A stretch of 64,000 nt of DNA, from contig OX597837.1 in NCBI GenBank assembly GCA_951406725.2, positions 42,098,001 to 42,162,000 of the forward strand, given 5' to 3'. Below are positions 63,528 to 64,000 of the stretch, in pieces; within the stretch, counting starts at the first letter, position 1; each line of letters starts with the position of its first letter. The stretch comes from Octopus vulgaris (Eukaryota). The notes below the pieces were generated by a model, which had not been told where the DNA came from, did not search any database, and saw only the letters and a program-made list of their open reading frames with translations. Position numbers and translations under genes: made by a program.

Positions 63528-64000
63528 CCAGCAGAGATACCCGGCGTTGCTCAGGATTTAAACGGCATAGTTTATATATATGGTCAGTCTAATCCCTTGA
63601 GAACGGTTGACACAAATATGCGATCACACTATTGCTTGCCTACCCGCGGTTAACGTAAATATACGATGTAGATCTGCCCTACATCTATCACGGTCTTTTT
63701 AGTGGCTGACATATGTTTACGTTTGCTATCATGTACTTTATCTCTTGAGGTGCGTGCACTTGCCATCCGTGCATTATCTTAGCTATTTTAGGTTACGTTC
63801 AAGTGATGAGACTAGCAGTAGACCAATGACATGCGGATACTTTACATGCATATAATACCGTGTTTTGAGTTGTACCACACGCAAGCTATTTTTTTAACTT
63901 GAGCAGAATAACTCGTGCATATCATATTATGATAAATAGCTTCACATAGTTCGTTTTCATAAACCGGTAGACGTAAATGTACGGCGCTATGTTACAGTAA
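63528..64000 (-). mobile_element. Helitron 3' end (different family), probably continuing beyond the window
   Basis: Minus strand ...TCCTGAGCAACGCCGGGTATCTCTGCTGG|T. It has the same hairpin as the 31438 and 49939 elements, a CTRR end and an unrelated interior. Confidence 0.7.

Overview
Very AT-rich, repeat-saturated animal DNA. The SINE, MITE and microsatellite content looks like an Octopus (coleoid cephalopod) genome, which is an inference from repeat recognition. I find no credible host protein-coding exon, and almost all track ORFs are microsatellite or SINE artefacts, so the window is probably intergenic or inside a very large intron. Protein-coding remnants are all transposon-derived: a Tc1/mariner transposase 5' half, a Helitron Pif1-helicase remnant, two CR1-clade LINE 3' ends, and RTE LINE ends, one carrying two C2H2 fingers. 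Non-coding repeats include at least four SINE families (my labels A-D), TTAA and hAT MITEs, non-autonomous Helitrons and young tandem arrays. The most notable signal is a set of minimal type-I hammerhead ribozyme motifs in Penelope-like terminal repeats of several families. The best example is a 435-bp palindromic element (42821-43255) with one hammerhead on each strand, a central Pol III B-box-like motif, and a 12-bp TSD supported by an empty-site paralog in this window. Also notable are a SINE/LINE shared 3' tail with a covarying stem-loop and several long hairpins that are pre-miRNA or ADAR-substrate candidates. Repeat boundaries were read by eye and may be off by a few bases.
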